From the NCBI GenBank assembly GCA_050124795.1, contig JASFEO010000011.1, forward strand, positions 1 to 40,154: DNA of 40,154 nt, written 5' to 3'. This document shows, one piece after another, positions 26,885 to 37,272 of this stretch. Made by a program: the position numbers and the translations under genes. Position 1 is the stretch's first letter. The number at the start of each line of letters is the position of its first letter. Source of the stretch: Candidatus Pacearchaeota archaeon (lineage in GTDB: Archaea > Nanobdellota > Nanobdellia > Pacearchaeales > GW2011-AR1). The notes beneath the pieces are model-generated. The model made no database searches. It saw nothing but the letters and a program-made list of their open reading frames with translations, and was not told the origin of the DNA.

Positions 26885-29542
26885 ATGGCAGAATATGATT
26901 TTAAAAAAATAGAAAAAAAATGGCAGAAAAAGTGGGAAGGGGAAAAAATTTTTGAAGCAGAAGTTGATAAAAAGAAAAAAAAGTTTTTTGTGAGTTTTCC
27001 TTATCCTTATGTTAATTTGTCCCCGCATATCGGTCACACTTATACGTCGACAAGAGTTGAGGCTTTTGCCAGATATAAAAGATTGCGCGGATTTAATGTT
27101 TTGTTTTCTCAAGGTTGGCATGCAACCGGGAGTCCTATTGTTGCGGCTGCGAATAGGGTAAAAGAAGGAGAGGAAAAGCAAATTGGGTTATTAAAGAAAG
27201 AAGGTTTTTCTGATAAAGAGATTAAAAAGTTTGAAAAGCCTGAACATTGGATAGAAGTTTTTGGGAAAAGATGGAAGGATGGTTTTAAGGAACTGGGTTT
27301 TAGTATTGACTGGAGAAGAAATTTTATTACAACTTCTTTGAATCCTTATTATGACAAATTTATTCAATGGCAATTTTTAAAATTAAAACAAGGGGGCTAT
27401 GTTGAAAAAGGAAGCCATCCTGTTGTGTGGGATCCTAAGACAAATATGCCTGTTGGGGATCATGACAGGGTTAAAGGTGAAGGAGAGACCCCCCAGGAAT
27501 TTTGTTTATTTAGATTTAAACTTGATGATGGAAAATTTTTGGTGAGCGCAACACTTAGACCAGATACTTTGTTCGGGATTACAAATGTTTATGTTAATCC
27601 TGATTTAGAATATATCGAGGTAATGGTGGATGATGAGATTTGGTTTGTCTCAAAAGAGGCAATTTCAAAATTAGAAAATCAGGATTTTAATGTAAAAGTT
27701 TTGGGTGAGAAAAAAGGTCTTGAATTTATTGGGAAAAAAGTTGAAACTATTGTGGGAAATAATGTTCCTGTTTTACCTGCAACTTTTGTCGACCCTAATT
27801 ACGGAACAGGAATTGTTCATTCAGTTCCTTCTGAATCTGCAGATGACTTAATTGCTCTGAGAGATTTGCAAAAAGATGATAAAACTCTTGGGGGATATAA
27901 TCTTGATAAAGATGAAATTAAATCTATTGAACCAATTGCAATTTTTGATAATCCTGAGATAAAAGGATTTTCTTCGAAGTTTTTTCTGGAAAAATATAAT
28001 ATAAAATCTCAAAATGAAAAAGAGAAGTTAGCGAAGATTAGGGAAGAATTATATAAGTTTAGTTTTAATAAATCCAAATTTAATTCTAAATATAAAAAAG
28101 GTTTTTCAAAGAATCTTGAAGGAGTTAGGGTTAGTGAAGGACAGGAAATTGTGAAAGAGGATTTATTAAAACAAAAAAAGATTAATCTTTTTTATGAGTT
28201 GACTGGCGAAGTTGTTTCAAGAAGTCTTACTCCATGTTTAGTTAAACTTGTGAAAGACCAGTGGTTTATTAAATATGGAGATAAAAAGTGGAAAGAAAAA
28301 GTTCATAAATTAATCAGCAATATGAAGTTTTATCCAGAAGTTGTGAGAAGCCAGTTTGAATATGTTATTGATTGGTTAAAAGATTGGGCGTGCACAAGGG
28401 AATATGGTCTTGGAACGAGGCTGCCATTTGATGAAAAGTGGCTGATTGAATCTTTGTCTGATTCTACAATTTATATGGCGTATTATACAATTTCTCATTT
28501 GATTAAAGACTTAAAGCCGGAAGAATTAAGTGAAGAATTTTTTGATTATATTTTTCTTGGAAAAGGCAAGGGCAAAAAAGAATGGAAAAAGTTCAGGGAA
28601 TCTTTTGGATATTGGTATCCTCATGACTTTAGAAATTCAGGAAAGGATTTGGTTCAGAATCATCTTACTTTTTTCTTGTTTAATCATGTTGCGATTTTTT
28701 CTGAAAAATCTTGGCCAAAGTCAATAGGTGTTAATGGTTGGGTTAAGGTTGACGGGCAAAAAATGAGCAAAAGTCTTGGGAATATTATTCCTGTTAGCGG
28801 GATGGTTGAGAGGTTTGGAGCAGATGCTTCACGTTTTACTGTTCTTAATGGGGGGGAAGGATTGGATGACCCGAATTGGGATTCTAATTTTGCAGAATCT
28901 TTAAATGGAAAATTTGATTCATTGTTTGATCTTGTTAATTATTATAAAAAAGGAAGAAAAGAGAAAAACGGCGTCGATAAATGGATGGAATCCATGACTC
29001 ATAAAATCATCAAAGAAGTTACTTCTTCTATGGATGAAACTTTGTTTAGATCTGCTGCGCAGAAAATCTTTTTTGACTTTGGAAGTGTAATTAGAAAATA
29101 TTTACTAAAAACAAATAATCATCCAAATAAAGAAGTTTATGATTTTGCGTTTAAATCTTTTATTCTTATGCTTCATCCAATCTGCCCCCACATAACTGAG
29201 GAACTTTGGGAAAAATTAGGAAATAAAAAATTAATTAGTTTAAGTGAATGGCCAAAAGTTGATGAAGCAAAAATTGATGAGAGTTTAGAAAAAGCTGAAG
29301 AAGCAATTGAGAAGTTGATACAAGATATTAATCATGTTGTAAAATTAGTTGAAGGCAAAACAAAAGTTTATGTTTATGTTCTGCCTAATGAAAAAGAAAA
29401 CTTTGTTAATAATTTAGATGAAATAAAAAAGAGGACAAGTTTGGAAATTGAGATTTTTGCAGTAAATGATAAAGATAAATATGATCCGGAAAACAAATCA
29501 AAGAAAGTTAAGCCTGGTCGACCGGGGATTTATCTAGAATGA
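26885..29542 (+). CDS. leuS: Leucine--tRNA ligase (archaeal type)
   Basis: FPYPY.N..PHIGH, ATLRPDT, GTGIV.SVPS, ESLSDSTIY, SGKDL..NHL, KMSKS. Confidence 0.97.
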   Translation: MAEYDFKKIEKKWQKKWEGEKIFEAEVDKKKKKFFVSFPYPYVNLSPHIGHTYTSTRVEAFARYKRLRGFNVLFSQGWHATGSPIVAAANRVKEGEEKQIGLLKKEGFSDKEIKKFEKPEHWIEVFGKRWKDGFKELGFSIDWRRNFITTSLNPYYDKFIQWQFLKLKQGGYVEKGSHPVVWDPKTNMPVGDHDRVKGEGETPQEFCLFRFKLDDGKFLVSATLRPDTLFGITNVYVNPDLEYIEVMVDDEIWFVSKEAISKLENQDFNVKVLGEKKGLEFIGKKVETIVGNNVPVLPATFVDPNYGTGIVHSVPSESADDLIALRDLQKDDKTLGGYNLDKDEIKSIEPIAIFDNPEIKGFSSKFFLEKYNIKSQNEKEKLAKIREELYKFSFNKSKFNSKYKKGFSKNLEGVRVSEGQEIVKEDLLKQKKINLFYELTGEVVSRSLTPCLVKLVKDQWFIKYGDKKWKEKVHKLISNMKFYPEVVRSQFEYVIDWLKDWACTREYGLGTRLPFDEKWLIESLSDSTIYMAYYTISHLIKDLKPEELSEEFFDYIFLGKGKGKKEWKKFRESFGYWYPHDFRNSGKDLVQNHLTFFLFNHVAIFSEKSWPKSIGVNGWVKVDGQKMSKSLGNIIPVSGMVERFGADASRFTVLNGGEGLDDPNWDSNFAESLNGKFDSLFDLVNYYKKGRKEKNGVDKWMESMTHKIIKEVTSSMDETLFRSAAQKIFFDFGSVIRKYLLKTNNHPNKEVYDFAFKSFILMLHPICPHITEELWEKLGNKKLISLSEWPKVDEAKIDESLEKAEEAIEKLIQDINHVVKLVEGKTKVYVYVLPNEKENFVNNLDEIKKRTSLEIEIFAVNDKDKYDPENKSKKVKPGRPGIYLE

Positions 29543-30108
29543 TAAGCAATGTTGTGGTTGTTCATGGTTATAACGAAAATGAGAAAGAGAAAATTGCTAA
29601 AGGTTTTTCCCCGCAACATAAGAGAAACTGGTTGCCTTGGATTAAGGAAAAGTTAGAAGCAAATGGGATTAAGTGTAAAATTCCTTTAATGCCAAATAAT
29701 GTTTCTTATGAAAAGTGGAAAAAGATTTTTGAGGAAAATAAAATTGATGAGGATTTTGTTTTAATTGGGCATTCTGCGGGTGGAGCTTTCTTGGTTAGGT
29801 GGTTAAGTGAGACAAATAAAAAGATAAGAAAATTAATTTTAGTTGCTCCTGCAAGAAGACTCCTTGGTATGAAGGAAAAGTATCTTAAATTTTACACTTT
29901 TAAAAATAATCCAAAAATAAAAGAAAATATCAAAGAAGTTTGTATCTTTGTTTCTGATAATGAATCTGCCGGGATAAAAGAGAGTGTTAGTTTATATGAA
30001 AAAGATTTTAAAGTTAAAGCAATAGAATTAAAAAATAAGGAGCATTTCACAGAGAGTGGCATGGGAACAAAAGAATTTCCTGAACTTCTCAACGAAGTTT
30101 TAGAATAG
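29539..30108 (+). CDS. RBBP9/YdeN-like alpha/beta hydrolase
   Basis: VHG, W.PW, GHSAGG nucleophile elbow, SDN, HF. Confidence 0.88.
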   Translation: MISNVVVVHGYNENEKEKIAKGFSPQHKRNWLPWIKEKLEANGIKCKIPLMPNNVSYEKWKKIFEENKIDEDFVLIGHSAGGAFLVRWLSETNKKIRKLILVAPARRLLGMKEKYLKFYTFKNNPKIKENIKEVCIFVSDNESAGIKESVSLYEKDFKVKAIELKNKEHFTESGMGTKEFPELLNEVLE

Positions 30109-30142
30109 TTAGATTTAAAAAAAATATTTTCTTGTTTTTTAG

Positions 30143-31213
30143 ATGATTGATGAAAAAGAGGGTGAGAGAAAAACTTTGTTTGGAAATAAGTTGTTTTTTA
30201 TTTTGCCTGCAATTATTATTGTTGGTGCTTTGCTAATTTTAATTTTTTATTTTTCAGGTTCTGGCGAGATAGATAAATTTTTTTCATGCGGCGACGGGAC
30301 TCCTTCTGGAAGTTGTTCAGATAATAAACCTTATTTTTGTGATAAGGGGGAATTGGTTGAGAAAGCTGGTTTTTGCAGCTGCCAGAATTCTATGGTCCCC
30401 GAGGGTGATTCATGCGTTTCAGAATATGCAATAGGTCCAAGGGAGATAACATTGAAATATGTTCTTGGTGGCCGGGAAAAAGAGATTGATTTTATTTTAC
30501 ATAAAGGAATGGCTGATTATATCTCAGGTCTTCCGAGAACTATTAATTCTAATGGGGGCGGGCAACCAACACGGCAGGATTTTAAATTAAAGGATATAAA
30601 TGAACCCGAACAAAGAGAATTTCTTTTGCCTTTAGTCATTGAAATTCAAAATACTGCAAAAGATAAAATAGATCAGGTGAGAATCGCAACAAGTCTTGTT
30701 CAGGAAATTCCTTTTGGCGCGTCTTCTAAAACTATCTCGGTCGGAGGCCCTGAAATTGGGTACGCGCGATATCCTTATGAGGTTCTTTATGATAACAAAG
30801 GAGTATGCGGAGAGAAGTCAGAACTTTTGGCATTTTTGTTAAAGGAGCTTGGTTTTGAAACTGTTATATTTTATTATCGTATTGAGAATCATGAGGCTGT
30901 TGGTGTAAGGTGCCCTTTGCAGTATAGCATGAACCGTGGGGGATATTGTTTTATTGAAACTTCTGCTCCGAGTATAATCAGCAATTTTAGGTTGGAGTAC
31001 ATCGGGGGTCTTGAGCTTTTTTCAACACCAGAGATAATTTCTATTTCTAAAGGAGATTCACTCGGGGGGGGTTTGGGAGAATATAAAGATGCGCAGGAAT
31101 TTTCAAGAATTGAAATAAAGATTGAAGAGGCCGGGGAAATTGGTTTTTTTGAAAATTTGAAATTTAAAAAAATTAAAGAAAAATATGGTCTGGCTGATGA
31201 ATATAATATCTGA
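30143..31213 (+). CDS. Membrane-anchored transglutaminase-like cysteine protease domain protein
   Basis: N-terminal TM, Cys-rich segment, RYPYEVL...GVCGEKS.L, NHEAVG, FIET. Confidence 0.8.
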   Translation: MIDEKEGERKTLFGNKLFFILPAIIIVGALLILIFYFSGSGEIDKFFSCGDGTPSGSCSDNKPYFCDKGELVEKAGFCSCQNSMVPEGDSCVSEYAIGPREITLKYVLGGREKEIDFILHKGMADYISGLPRTINSNGGGQPTRQDFKLKDINEPEQREFLLPLVIEIQNTAKDKIDQVRIATSLVQEIPFGASSKTISVGGPEIGYARYPYEVLYDNKGVCGEKSELLAFLLKELGFETVIFYYRIENHEAVGVRCPLQYSMNRGGYCFIETSAPSIISNFRLEYIGGLELFSTPEIISISKGDSLGGGLGEYKDAQEFSRIEIKIEEAGEIGFFENLKFKKIKEKYGLADEYNI

Positions 31214-31215
31214 TC

Positions 31216-31353
31216 TTAATGTTTTTTTATAGTGAAGCCGCATTTAGTGCATTTCCATTTTTCAAAAACATCTTCTTTAAATGAAAATGGAACTAAATAA
31301 CCTTCTTCGCATTCGTAGCACTTTGGGAAAATACAATTTTTATTTTCTTCCAT
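31216..31353 (-). CDS. Small Zn-ribbon protein (45 aa, not in ORF track)
   Basis: MEENKNCIFPKCYECEEGYLVPFSFKEDVFEKWKCTKCGFTIKKH*; two CxxC motifs. Confidence 0.7.
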   Translation of the reverse strand: MEENKNCIFPKCYECEEGYLVPFSFKEDVFEKWKCTKCGFTIKKH

Positions 31354-31445
31354 GATTTAGGTAAAATATTTTTGTTTATAAGTTTTTGGATTTTTTAGAC
31401 TTTGTGTAGAAAGTCCTGAAACAAGATTACTTTTTACACAGTTGT

Positions 31446-31940
31446 TTACATGAAGGGGAATTCCCCTCCGTTATTATTTAGTATGTATCCTAATTCCATG
31501 GCTACATTATCAAATAATATACTCACAGCATCTTTATTATCTGAATACAGTTCATTAAATACAGTTTTATTAGTGTTAACATCATCCGTAAATTCCACCC
31601 CCAAAGACCCAGCTTCTTTTATTAATCCATAAATTTCATTTCTTGTTATATTATAGTTTAAATTATGTGCAAATCTGTTTCTAAGAGTATTCATTTTATT
31701 TAAGAAGACTCCAAAATCTTTTTTTATTAATCCTAAACTTATCGCTAATTCTACTTTTTTTGGGAAGGATATATCAAATAAATCTATTGATTGTGGATTA
31801 TTTAATTTTGTTTGTATAGTCTGGACTAAAGTATATTCAATTATAAGTTGACCAATAATGACCCTTTCTAAGAGAGGGTTTGTTTCACGAAGCCCAAGCA
31901 AATCATCTAATCCAGGTGCCGTTTTATTTTTTTTACTCAT
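31446..31940 (-). CDS. HEPN-like (MtlR-like) protein, putative RNase
   Basis: E..L...I, F..K..LA..LGLI, LRNRFAH (RxxxxH). Confidence 0.7.
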   Translation of the reverse strand: MSKKNKTAPGLDDLLGLRETNPLLERVIIGQLIIEYTLVQTIQTKLNNPQSIDLFDISFPKKVELAISLGLIKKDFGVFLNKMNTLRNRFAHNLNYNITRNEIYGLIKEAGSLGVEFTDDVNTNKTVFNELYSDNKDAVSILFDNVAMELGYILNNNGGEFPFM

Positions 31941-31964
31941 CTTCCTTCACACTCCCAGCAAAAT

Positions 31965-32450
31965 TTATTTCTTCTCCTTCTTAGATTTAGATTCTTCTTT
32001 CGCACAAGAACTACACTCTTCATCGTGGCAAAGAACTTTTCCACATTTCTTACATTTATTTAATTCATCTGTAACTTCCTTGAATTCAATCTCTACACCT
32101 GGACCGTCTTTGTTAGTCTGTGGAAAATTAATAATAATTCCTTTTTTCATTTTCAAAACTTGTAAATACTTCTGAAGCTGAACTTCTTCTTTGATTCCTG
32201 TTGATGTTGATGTAGCTTTAAGTTCAAGGATAATTTTTTCTCCACCATCATTATCTTTCACAATTAAGTCTGGTCTTGAAGTTCCAACAGCAAAGTTCTT
32301 GTAAAATATTGGAAGAACTCTTTGATTTTCATAAGGAATCTTAGCAAGTCTTAATCCAACTTCCATTGCTTTCTCATAGACTTCTTCATTGTATCCACTT
32401 CCAAGAGTTTCAAAAACATCTTCTGCGATTTTTCTTATTTTTTCTATCAT
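31965..32450 (-). CDS. GxxExxY PD-(D/E)XK-like protein with C-terminal Zn finger
   Basis: LGSGYNEEVYEKA, RPDLIV, ILELKA, QL..YL, G.IINF; CKKC...CSSC tail; GGAGG RBS. Confidence 0.88.
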   Translation of the reverse strand: MIEKIRKIAEDVFETLGSGYNEEVYEKAMEVGLRLAKIPYENQRVLPIFYKNFAVGTSRPDLIVKDNDGGEKIILELKATSTSTGIKEEVQLQKYLQVLKMKKGIIINFPQTNKDGPGVEIEFKEVTDELNKCKKCGKVLCHDEECSSCAKEESKSKKEKK

Positions 32451-32495
32451 TGTTTTACCTCCTGTGATTTAGTTAAGTTTGATTTAATTAACTTT

Positions 32496-33638
32496 TTAAG
32501 AGATTGTAATTTTGAAAAGGTTATCTATTCTATCTAAAATCTTAAATAAAATTTCTTTAATATTATTAATAGCATCAAAATCTTTAACAATTTTCCTCAT
32601 TTCTTGATTCAATTCAAATTTAGGAATATCCACTATCTTTAATATTTCTGTTAAAGGGAATACAGATAAATCTGCACTTGAACTATTTTCTTTGAAGATA
32701 GGATGTAAATATAATGATAAAAATTTTAAATATATTCCTTCATCTTCTTCATTTTTTATATTAAGCATTTTTCTTGCATCCTTTTTTATGCACAATAACA
32801 TTGAATTAGTGTTTGTAGCATAATTATCTTTTTTTAAAAACCTAATTTCTCCAGCATTTCCTCTGGTTATCACTTGAAGACAAGATGAATCTTTAATAAA
32901 ATGGAGGTTTTTATTAAATGGGACTATCCCATAAATATCCTCAAAAGAACCAGATAAGACTATAATTTTCTCTTTATTATTTTTTAATCCTTGACTCCTT
33001 TTATATATGCCTTCTTCAGACAAAGAATCATTTCTACTAATATGCTTTAAAATATTTGACAAAGGTATTTTTTCTTTTTCATCTTCTATCAAAAGGTATT
33101 TATTTTGAAGAGAATTTATCCTTGACAATATCTTATAAATGTTGTCTTTTATCTTACTTAAATTTGTATATTTCTCTGCAAGTAAATCTTGTTTATCTTT
33201 ATCAATTAAAGTGAATACTATCTTCTTAGCAGTATCTTGATAAAGTTTTCCTTGAGTACCTTTAGAATAAACATTTTGATAAAAATTGTTTTGCTGTGAA
33301 AATAAAAACCATTGAAGATTTACTTTTCTAAAAAAATCTTTTTTCAATCTCAAAACTCCACATACATCTATTGGAAAAAATTTATAATTTCTATAAAAAA
33401 GCTTTCCAGCATAACCTTCTTTTGTCCAAGTTATTGTTTCTCCATCAAAAAGTTTTCCTTGTTTTCCTAACCATTTCTCTTCAGCATACCAGCTTATACC
33501 CTTACCTAAAGATTTAGAGGTAACTACTGGGATATTCCCTAAATGTTGATAAACCTCTCTTTCAGTAATCCTCTTTCCAGTTTCAACATCAAAGACCTCT
33601 TCTATTTCATAATCTTGGTTATATCCTCTGAATACCAT
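32496..33638 (-). CDS. Restriction-modification specificity (S) subunit
   Basis: Two TRD-like halves separated by helical spacers; G..IT...., GYAG..F, Q..L; directly downstream of the MTase. Confidence 0.8.
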   Translation of the reverse strand: MVFRGYNQDYEIEEVFDVETGKRITEREVYQHLGNIPVVTSKSLGKGISWYAEEKWLGKQGKLFDGETITWTKEGYAGKLFYRNYKFFPIDVCGVLRLKKDFFRKVNLQWFLFSQQNNFYQNVYSKGTQGKLYQDTAKKIVFTLIDKDKQDLLAEKYTNLSKIKDNIYKILSRINSLQNKYLLIEDEKEKIPLSNILKHISRNDSLSEEGIYKRSQGLKNNKEKIIVLSGSFEDIYGIVPFNKNLHFIKDSSCLQVITRGNAGEIRFLKKDNYATNTNSMLLCIKKDARKMLNIKNEEDEGIYLKFLSLYLHPIFKENSSSADLSVFPLTEILKIVDIPKFELNQEMRKIVKDFDAINNIKEILFKILDRIDNLFKITIS

Positions 33639-33639
33639 T

Positions 33640-35700
33640 TTAAATTTTAAAATTTAATAGTTCTTTTTGAATTTTTTTAATTTCGGAATCAAATTCTCTT
33701 TCACTGAGATATTTTGTTTTATAAGGTCTAAGATAATACTCTGGTAATAGAGTACAAAATTTATCTGAATCTATTTTTTTGATTATTATAAAATCACCTT
33801 TTCTTTTTTCTTGATTTATTCCTTTTTCATCTATCCATTTAGTTTTATTAGTTTCTGAATCTTGAAAATTCATCCATCTTTCTTCTAAAATTCCTGTCAT
33901 TTCTTCCCCATTCATGCTTACCCATCCTGAGATTTCATCATGCATCCACCCATTTCTATTATTTCTTAACCTTGTGGGAAATCTTTTATCAGAATTAGCT
34001 AAACCATCATTATCTATTATGTACATCCAGATTGGTTTTGTTTGTATTTTAGTTATTTTATCGCTTCTTTTAGTCATAAATAATGCATAGGTTTTCTCTT
34101 TTGTATATGGTGCAAAAGCAAATTTTGGCATAGAGATAATTGCATCAATATCACATTGCTCTAATAATCTTCTCCTTAACATTTCAAAACTTGGGTTTTC
34201 AAGAACTCCATCAGGAAGAATTATACAACATTTCCCCCCAACCTTCAATAAAGAAATTACTCTAACTAAGAAAGCTATTTCTTTTCTGTTTGAAGTAACA
34301 GAATCTGTCTCTGCTTTTATAGTCCCATTTCCATATGGGGGATTTGTAATTATATAGTCAAATTTTTTAATTCCAAAATCTGTTTTTAAAGAATCCTTAT
34401 ATTTTATATTAGTATGCCCATCACCCACTAAGAACATATTAAGTTTAGTTCTTAGAATATTATCATTTTGATTATCATGACCATAAAAACATTCTTTTGA
34501 TAAAAACTTTTCTGCGGATTTATTATAGGTATCAGTTCTCTCATAATTTTTCTTTAAAACCTTAAACCCTTCTGTTAAGAATCCTCCAGTTCCACAGGCA
34601 GGGTCTAAAATTGTAAATTTTTTATTGTCATCAAAATATTTTTCTTTTTCTAATAAAAGTTTAACAAATATCTGGGCATAATGTCTTCTTGTAAAGTATT
34701 GCCCAAACTCTTTTTTTTCTTTACTTGAAGCGAACATCTCATAAACAGAACCAAATAAATCAAAACCACTATTGTGTAAATTTCCCATAGAAGAAAGAAT
34801 ATCATAAATCCTTCTAACATCAATTTTATCAACAGGAGAGGGTTTACCTTCATTACTTGTTATAAAAAATATTACTTTACTTAATAGTTCTTTAAATCCA
34901 TAAAAATCAGTATCTTTTATTAATCTTTTAGAATACTGAACAAGATTTCCAACTAACTTCGTATCGTTCTTATCATTACAATTATCCCAATAAAGTTCAT
35001 TTGCATCTATTTTTCCTTCAATTTTTTCTTTATCTTCGTAAAATTTTAATGAGATAAAGCCAATAGTAAAATCAATTTTTTCTTGGTCATTTTTAAAACT
35101 TATATCTCTATAAATCGTTGCTAATTCCCATAATTTTTTGTTAAAAACAGCCTCAGAAATTGCAGATAAAGAATCTACATTAGTCTCAATATTTTGTAAA
35201 GAAGAATTTTTTTTAAGTTTAGCTTTGATTAACCTTAATATATCTATATTCTGAAATTCCCTTATAATGTTTTTATTTAATGATATTTCTTTACCTGTAG
35301 CTTGATTATAAAATTTTGAAGTTTTACAATTTGTTACAATAAAATATGGTAAATTGAGTTTGGCACTTTTTTCCTTTCCCTGTTTTATGGCATCTTTCCA
35401 GTCTCTATCATCAACTGTGCAATTATCTTTTACTTCTGCATAAGCGACTAAATTTGTTATATACTGGTCTTCATTATTCCCTTCAAAATCAAATTCAGAA
35501 ATCAATAAATCTGGTCTTTTTGAGCCAGTATATTTTTCAAAAGAAGTATCTATCACAATTTGCCTTGGGTTTATACTTAATTGTTTTACTAAAACCTCGT
35601 CTATTAGCCTATATACACTTAAAGCTTCTCGCTTTTTTTTCTTAACCATTTTTGAATAATATTCAAAAGAATCTTTGGTATTTAAACTTGCCGATTTCAT
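33640..35700 (-). CDS. Fused endonuclease-N6 adenine methyltransferase (Type IIB/BcgI-like or HsdM-like)
   Basis: N-terminal RPD...AEVK nuclease motif; FGQYFT, ILDPACGTGGFL, NPPY. Confidence 0.88.
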   Translation of the reverse strand: MKSASLNTKDSFEYYSKMVKKKKREALSVYRLIDEVLVKQLSINPRQIVIDTSFEKYTGSKRPDLLISEFDFEGNNEDQYITNLVAYAEVKDNCTVDDRDWKDAIKQGKEKSAKLNLPYFIVTNCKTSKFYNQATGKEISLNKNIIREFQNIDILRLIKAKLKKNSSLQNIETNVDSLSAISEAVFNKKLWELATIYRDISFKNDQEKIDFTIGFISLKFYEDKEKIEGKIDANELYWDNCNDKNDTKLVGNLVQYSKRLIKDTDFYGFKELLSKVIFFITSNEGKPSPVDKIDVRRIYDILSSMGNLHNSGFDLFGSVYEMFASSKEKKEFGQYFTRRHYAQIFVKLLLEKEKYFDDNKKFTILDPACGTGGFLTEGFKVLKKNYERTDTYNKSAEKFLSKECFYGHDNQNDNILRTKLNMFLVGDGHTNIKYKDSLKTDFGIKKFDYIITNPPYGNGTIKAETDSVTSNRKEIAFLVRVISLLKVGGKCCIILPDGVLENPSFEMLRRRLLEQCDIDAIISMPKFAFAPYTKEKTYALFMTKRSDKITKIQTKPIWMYIIDNDGLANSDKRFPTRLRNNRNGWMHDEISGWVSMNGEEMTGILEERWMNFQDSETNKTKWIDEKGINQEKRKGDFIIIKKIDSDKFCTLLPEYYLRPYKTKYLSEREFDSEIKKIQKELLNFKI

Positions 35701-36944
35701 TTCACTTTTTCAATAACAAACTCTCCTTTCAAACCAAGTTCATTTATTTCCTGAATCACAACACAAATATTATGAGCAAGAACTTTACAAAGCAATTCAT
35801 TAGTTTGTGCCGTCGATGATTTACTCCTTAAATTATCTTTAAACTTCGTCTTAATCATATGAAAGCAAGTTTCAATATTACTTCTTTTATGATACCGTTC
35901 TAAAAACTCGTCGTGCTTGTAAATAAAATAATGATACATCTTTTTCCATGCAGAAGAACTTGCCCTTTTTCCTCGGACATTTGATTTAAATGGGATGAAG
36001 GGCAAAGCCCCTACATCCTCTATGAGCTGTAAATTCTCACGAGAAGAATAAGCTCGGTCACAACTCACTTCCTTCACCTCAAAGTTTTTTACAGTCTCTT
36101 TTATTAATGAAGAAAGTTGAGGACTATCATTTGAAAAGCCTTCTGTAATTTTAACAGAAGTAATAATATTTGTTTTAACTCCAGCCATTGCATGACATTT
36201 AATCCAAACCCTTTGTTTCTTTTCCTTGCCCCATTTGTGGTCAAACCACCTTGAAAATCTTGAAGTTGAAAACCCTGTTGAATCAACTGCAAAATCAAAT
36301 TCAACTTCTTTCAATGGCAAAGAACTTAATTTAATCAGATTAAGTAAAATCGGAGTTAGTTCTTTTTTCTGCAAGAAATGCCCAACAGAAGCATAACAAG
36401 GCAGAATTTCAATTAAACCCATTTCTTTTGCTATTTTAACATCAGACATAAATCTTCTTAATGAAAATGTTGAATAAATTTTCATAACAGAATTAAAAAC
36501 CATTTCAGACATTGGGAGTGTTGGTCTTCCAAATCCATATTTTGGTTGCTCAATATAATTTGTCAAATCCTTCAACAACTTCATAAAATAAATTTTTTCG
36601 TTTGTTTGTGACTTATCATAAGCTTTCCATTTTTGTTCATAAGTAATCTTAACACCTTTTCTTTCTGTTAACTTTCCTTCTTCGTCAATTTCTTGTCTAA
36701 TGTAAAACTCAACTGCCCAAATATGTTTACACTTCTTTTTCCTCATAGTGCAATCTGGACAATCACAATAAGGATTATGCCCCTTGAATCTAACTCTGTA
36801 TTCTTTACTTGGATTTGTCTGAGACCCAACTCTCCAAGTATGATGAGCAGTCTTTTCTATCTTAACAGACCTAACTAAGAGTTTCCCTCGCTGTTCTCTA
36901 TCAAGTTTCTTCCAGTTTATTTGTTCTAATTCTTGCCTTGTCAT
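35697..36944 (-). CDS. IS4/IS5-superfamily DDE transposase with N-terminal SWIM zinc finger
   Basis: CDCPD.....KCKH SWIM; AVDSTG, CDRAY, YHKRSNIETCFHMIK (Y-2-R-3-E-6-K). Confidence 0.92.
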   Translation of the reverse strand: MTRQELEQINWKKLDREQRGKLLVRSVKIEKTAHHTWRVGSQTNPSKEYRVRFKGHNPYCDCPDCTMRKKKCKHIWAVEFYIRQEIDEEGKLTERKGVKITYEQKWKAYDKSQTNEKIYFMKLLKDLTNYIEQPKYGFGRPTLPMSEMVFNSVMKIYSTFSLRRFMSDVKIAKEMGLIEILPCYASVGHFLQKKELTPILLNLIKLSSLPLKEVEFDFAVDSTGFSTSRFSRWFDHKWGKEKKQRVWIKCHAMAGVKTNIITSVKITEGFSNDSPQLSSLIKETVKNFEVKEVSCDRAYSSRENLQLIEDVGALPFIPFKSNVRGKRASSSAWKKMYHYFIYKHDEFLERYHKRSNIETCFHMIKTKFKDNLRSKSSTAQTNELLCKVLAHNICVVIQEINELGLKGEFVIEKVK

Positions 36945-36956
36945 TTTTTATATAAT

Positions 36957-36994
36957 TCGGTACCATACATACTTTATATACTTTTCGGTACCAC
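36957..36994. promoter_or_regulatory. Paired TCGGTACCA operator boxes around the transposase TATA box
   Basis: GGTACC at 36959 and 36987 flanking TTTATATA. Confidence 0.65.
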
Positions 36995-37066
36995 CATAAA
37001 TATATTAGAATTCATATATTAAATTCATTCTTATAGAACTAATTTTAGAATTACCAAAAAGTTAAA

Positions 37067-37228
37067 TCACTCTTTTTCAATAACTATCTTACCTTTTTCG
37101 GCTTTGGCTTTGAGTTTTTTCCCTTCCAACTTAGATTCTTTGATAACTTTTTCTGGAAGAGAACTTATGATATATTTGAAATATTCTTTATCGCCTACTT
37201 TTTTGTTTAGATTCTTTACAATCTTCAT
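37067..37228 (-). CDS. Small AbrB-like regulator (53 aa, not in ORF track)
   Basis: MKIVKNLNKKVGDKEYFKYIISSLPEKVIKESKLEGKKLKAKAEKGKIVIEKE*; LP..V....L.G.....GKIVI pattern. Confidence 0.65.
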   Translation of the reverse strand: MKIVKNLNKKVGDKEYFKYIISSLPEKVIKESKLEGKKLKAKAEKGKIVIEKE

Positions 37229-37233
37229 AATAA

Positions 37234-37272
37234 TAGGTACCATAATAAATTATATAAATGTATCGGTACCAT
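37234..37272. promoter_or_regulatory. Paired GGTACCAT operator boxes around the AbrB-like gene TATA box
   Basis: GGTACC at 37236 and 37265 flanking TTATATAAA. Confidence 0.65.

Noticed and set aside
36959-37270. GGTACC as the recognition site of the neighbouring RM system
   Set aside because: S-subunit systems recognise bipartite sites; the paired placement around TATA boxes fits operators better.
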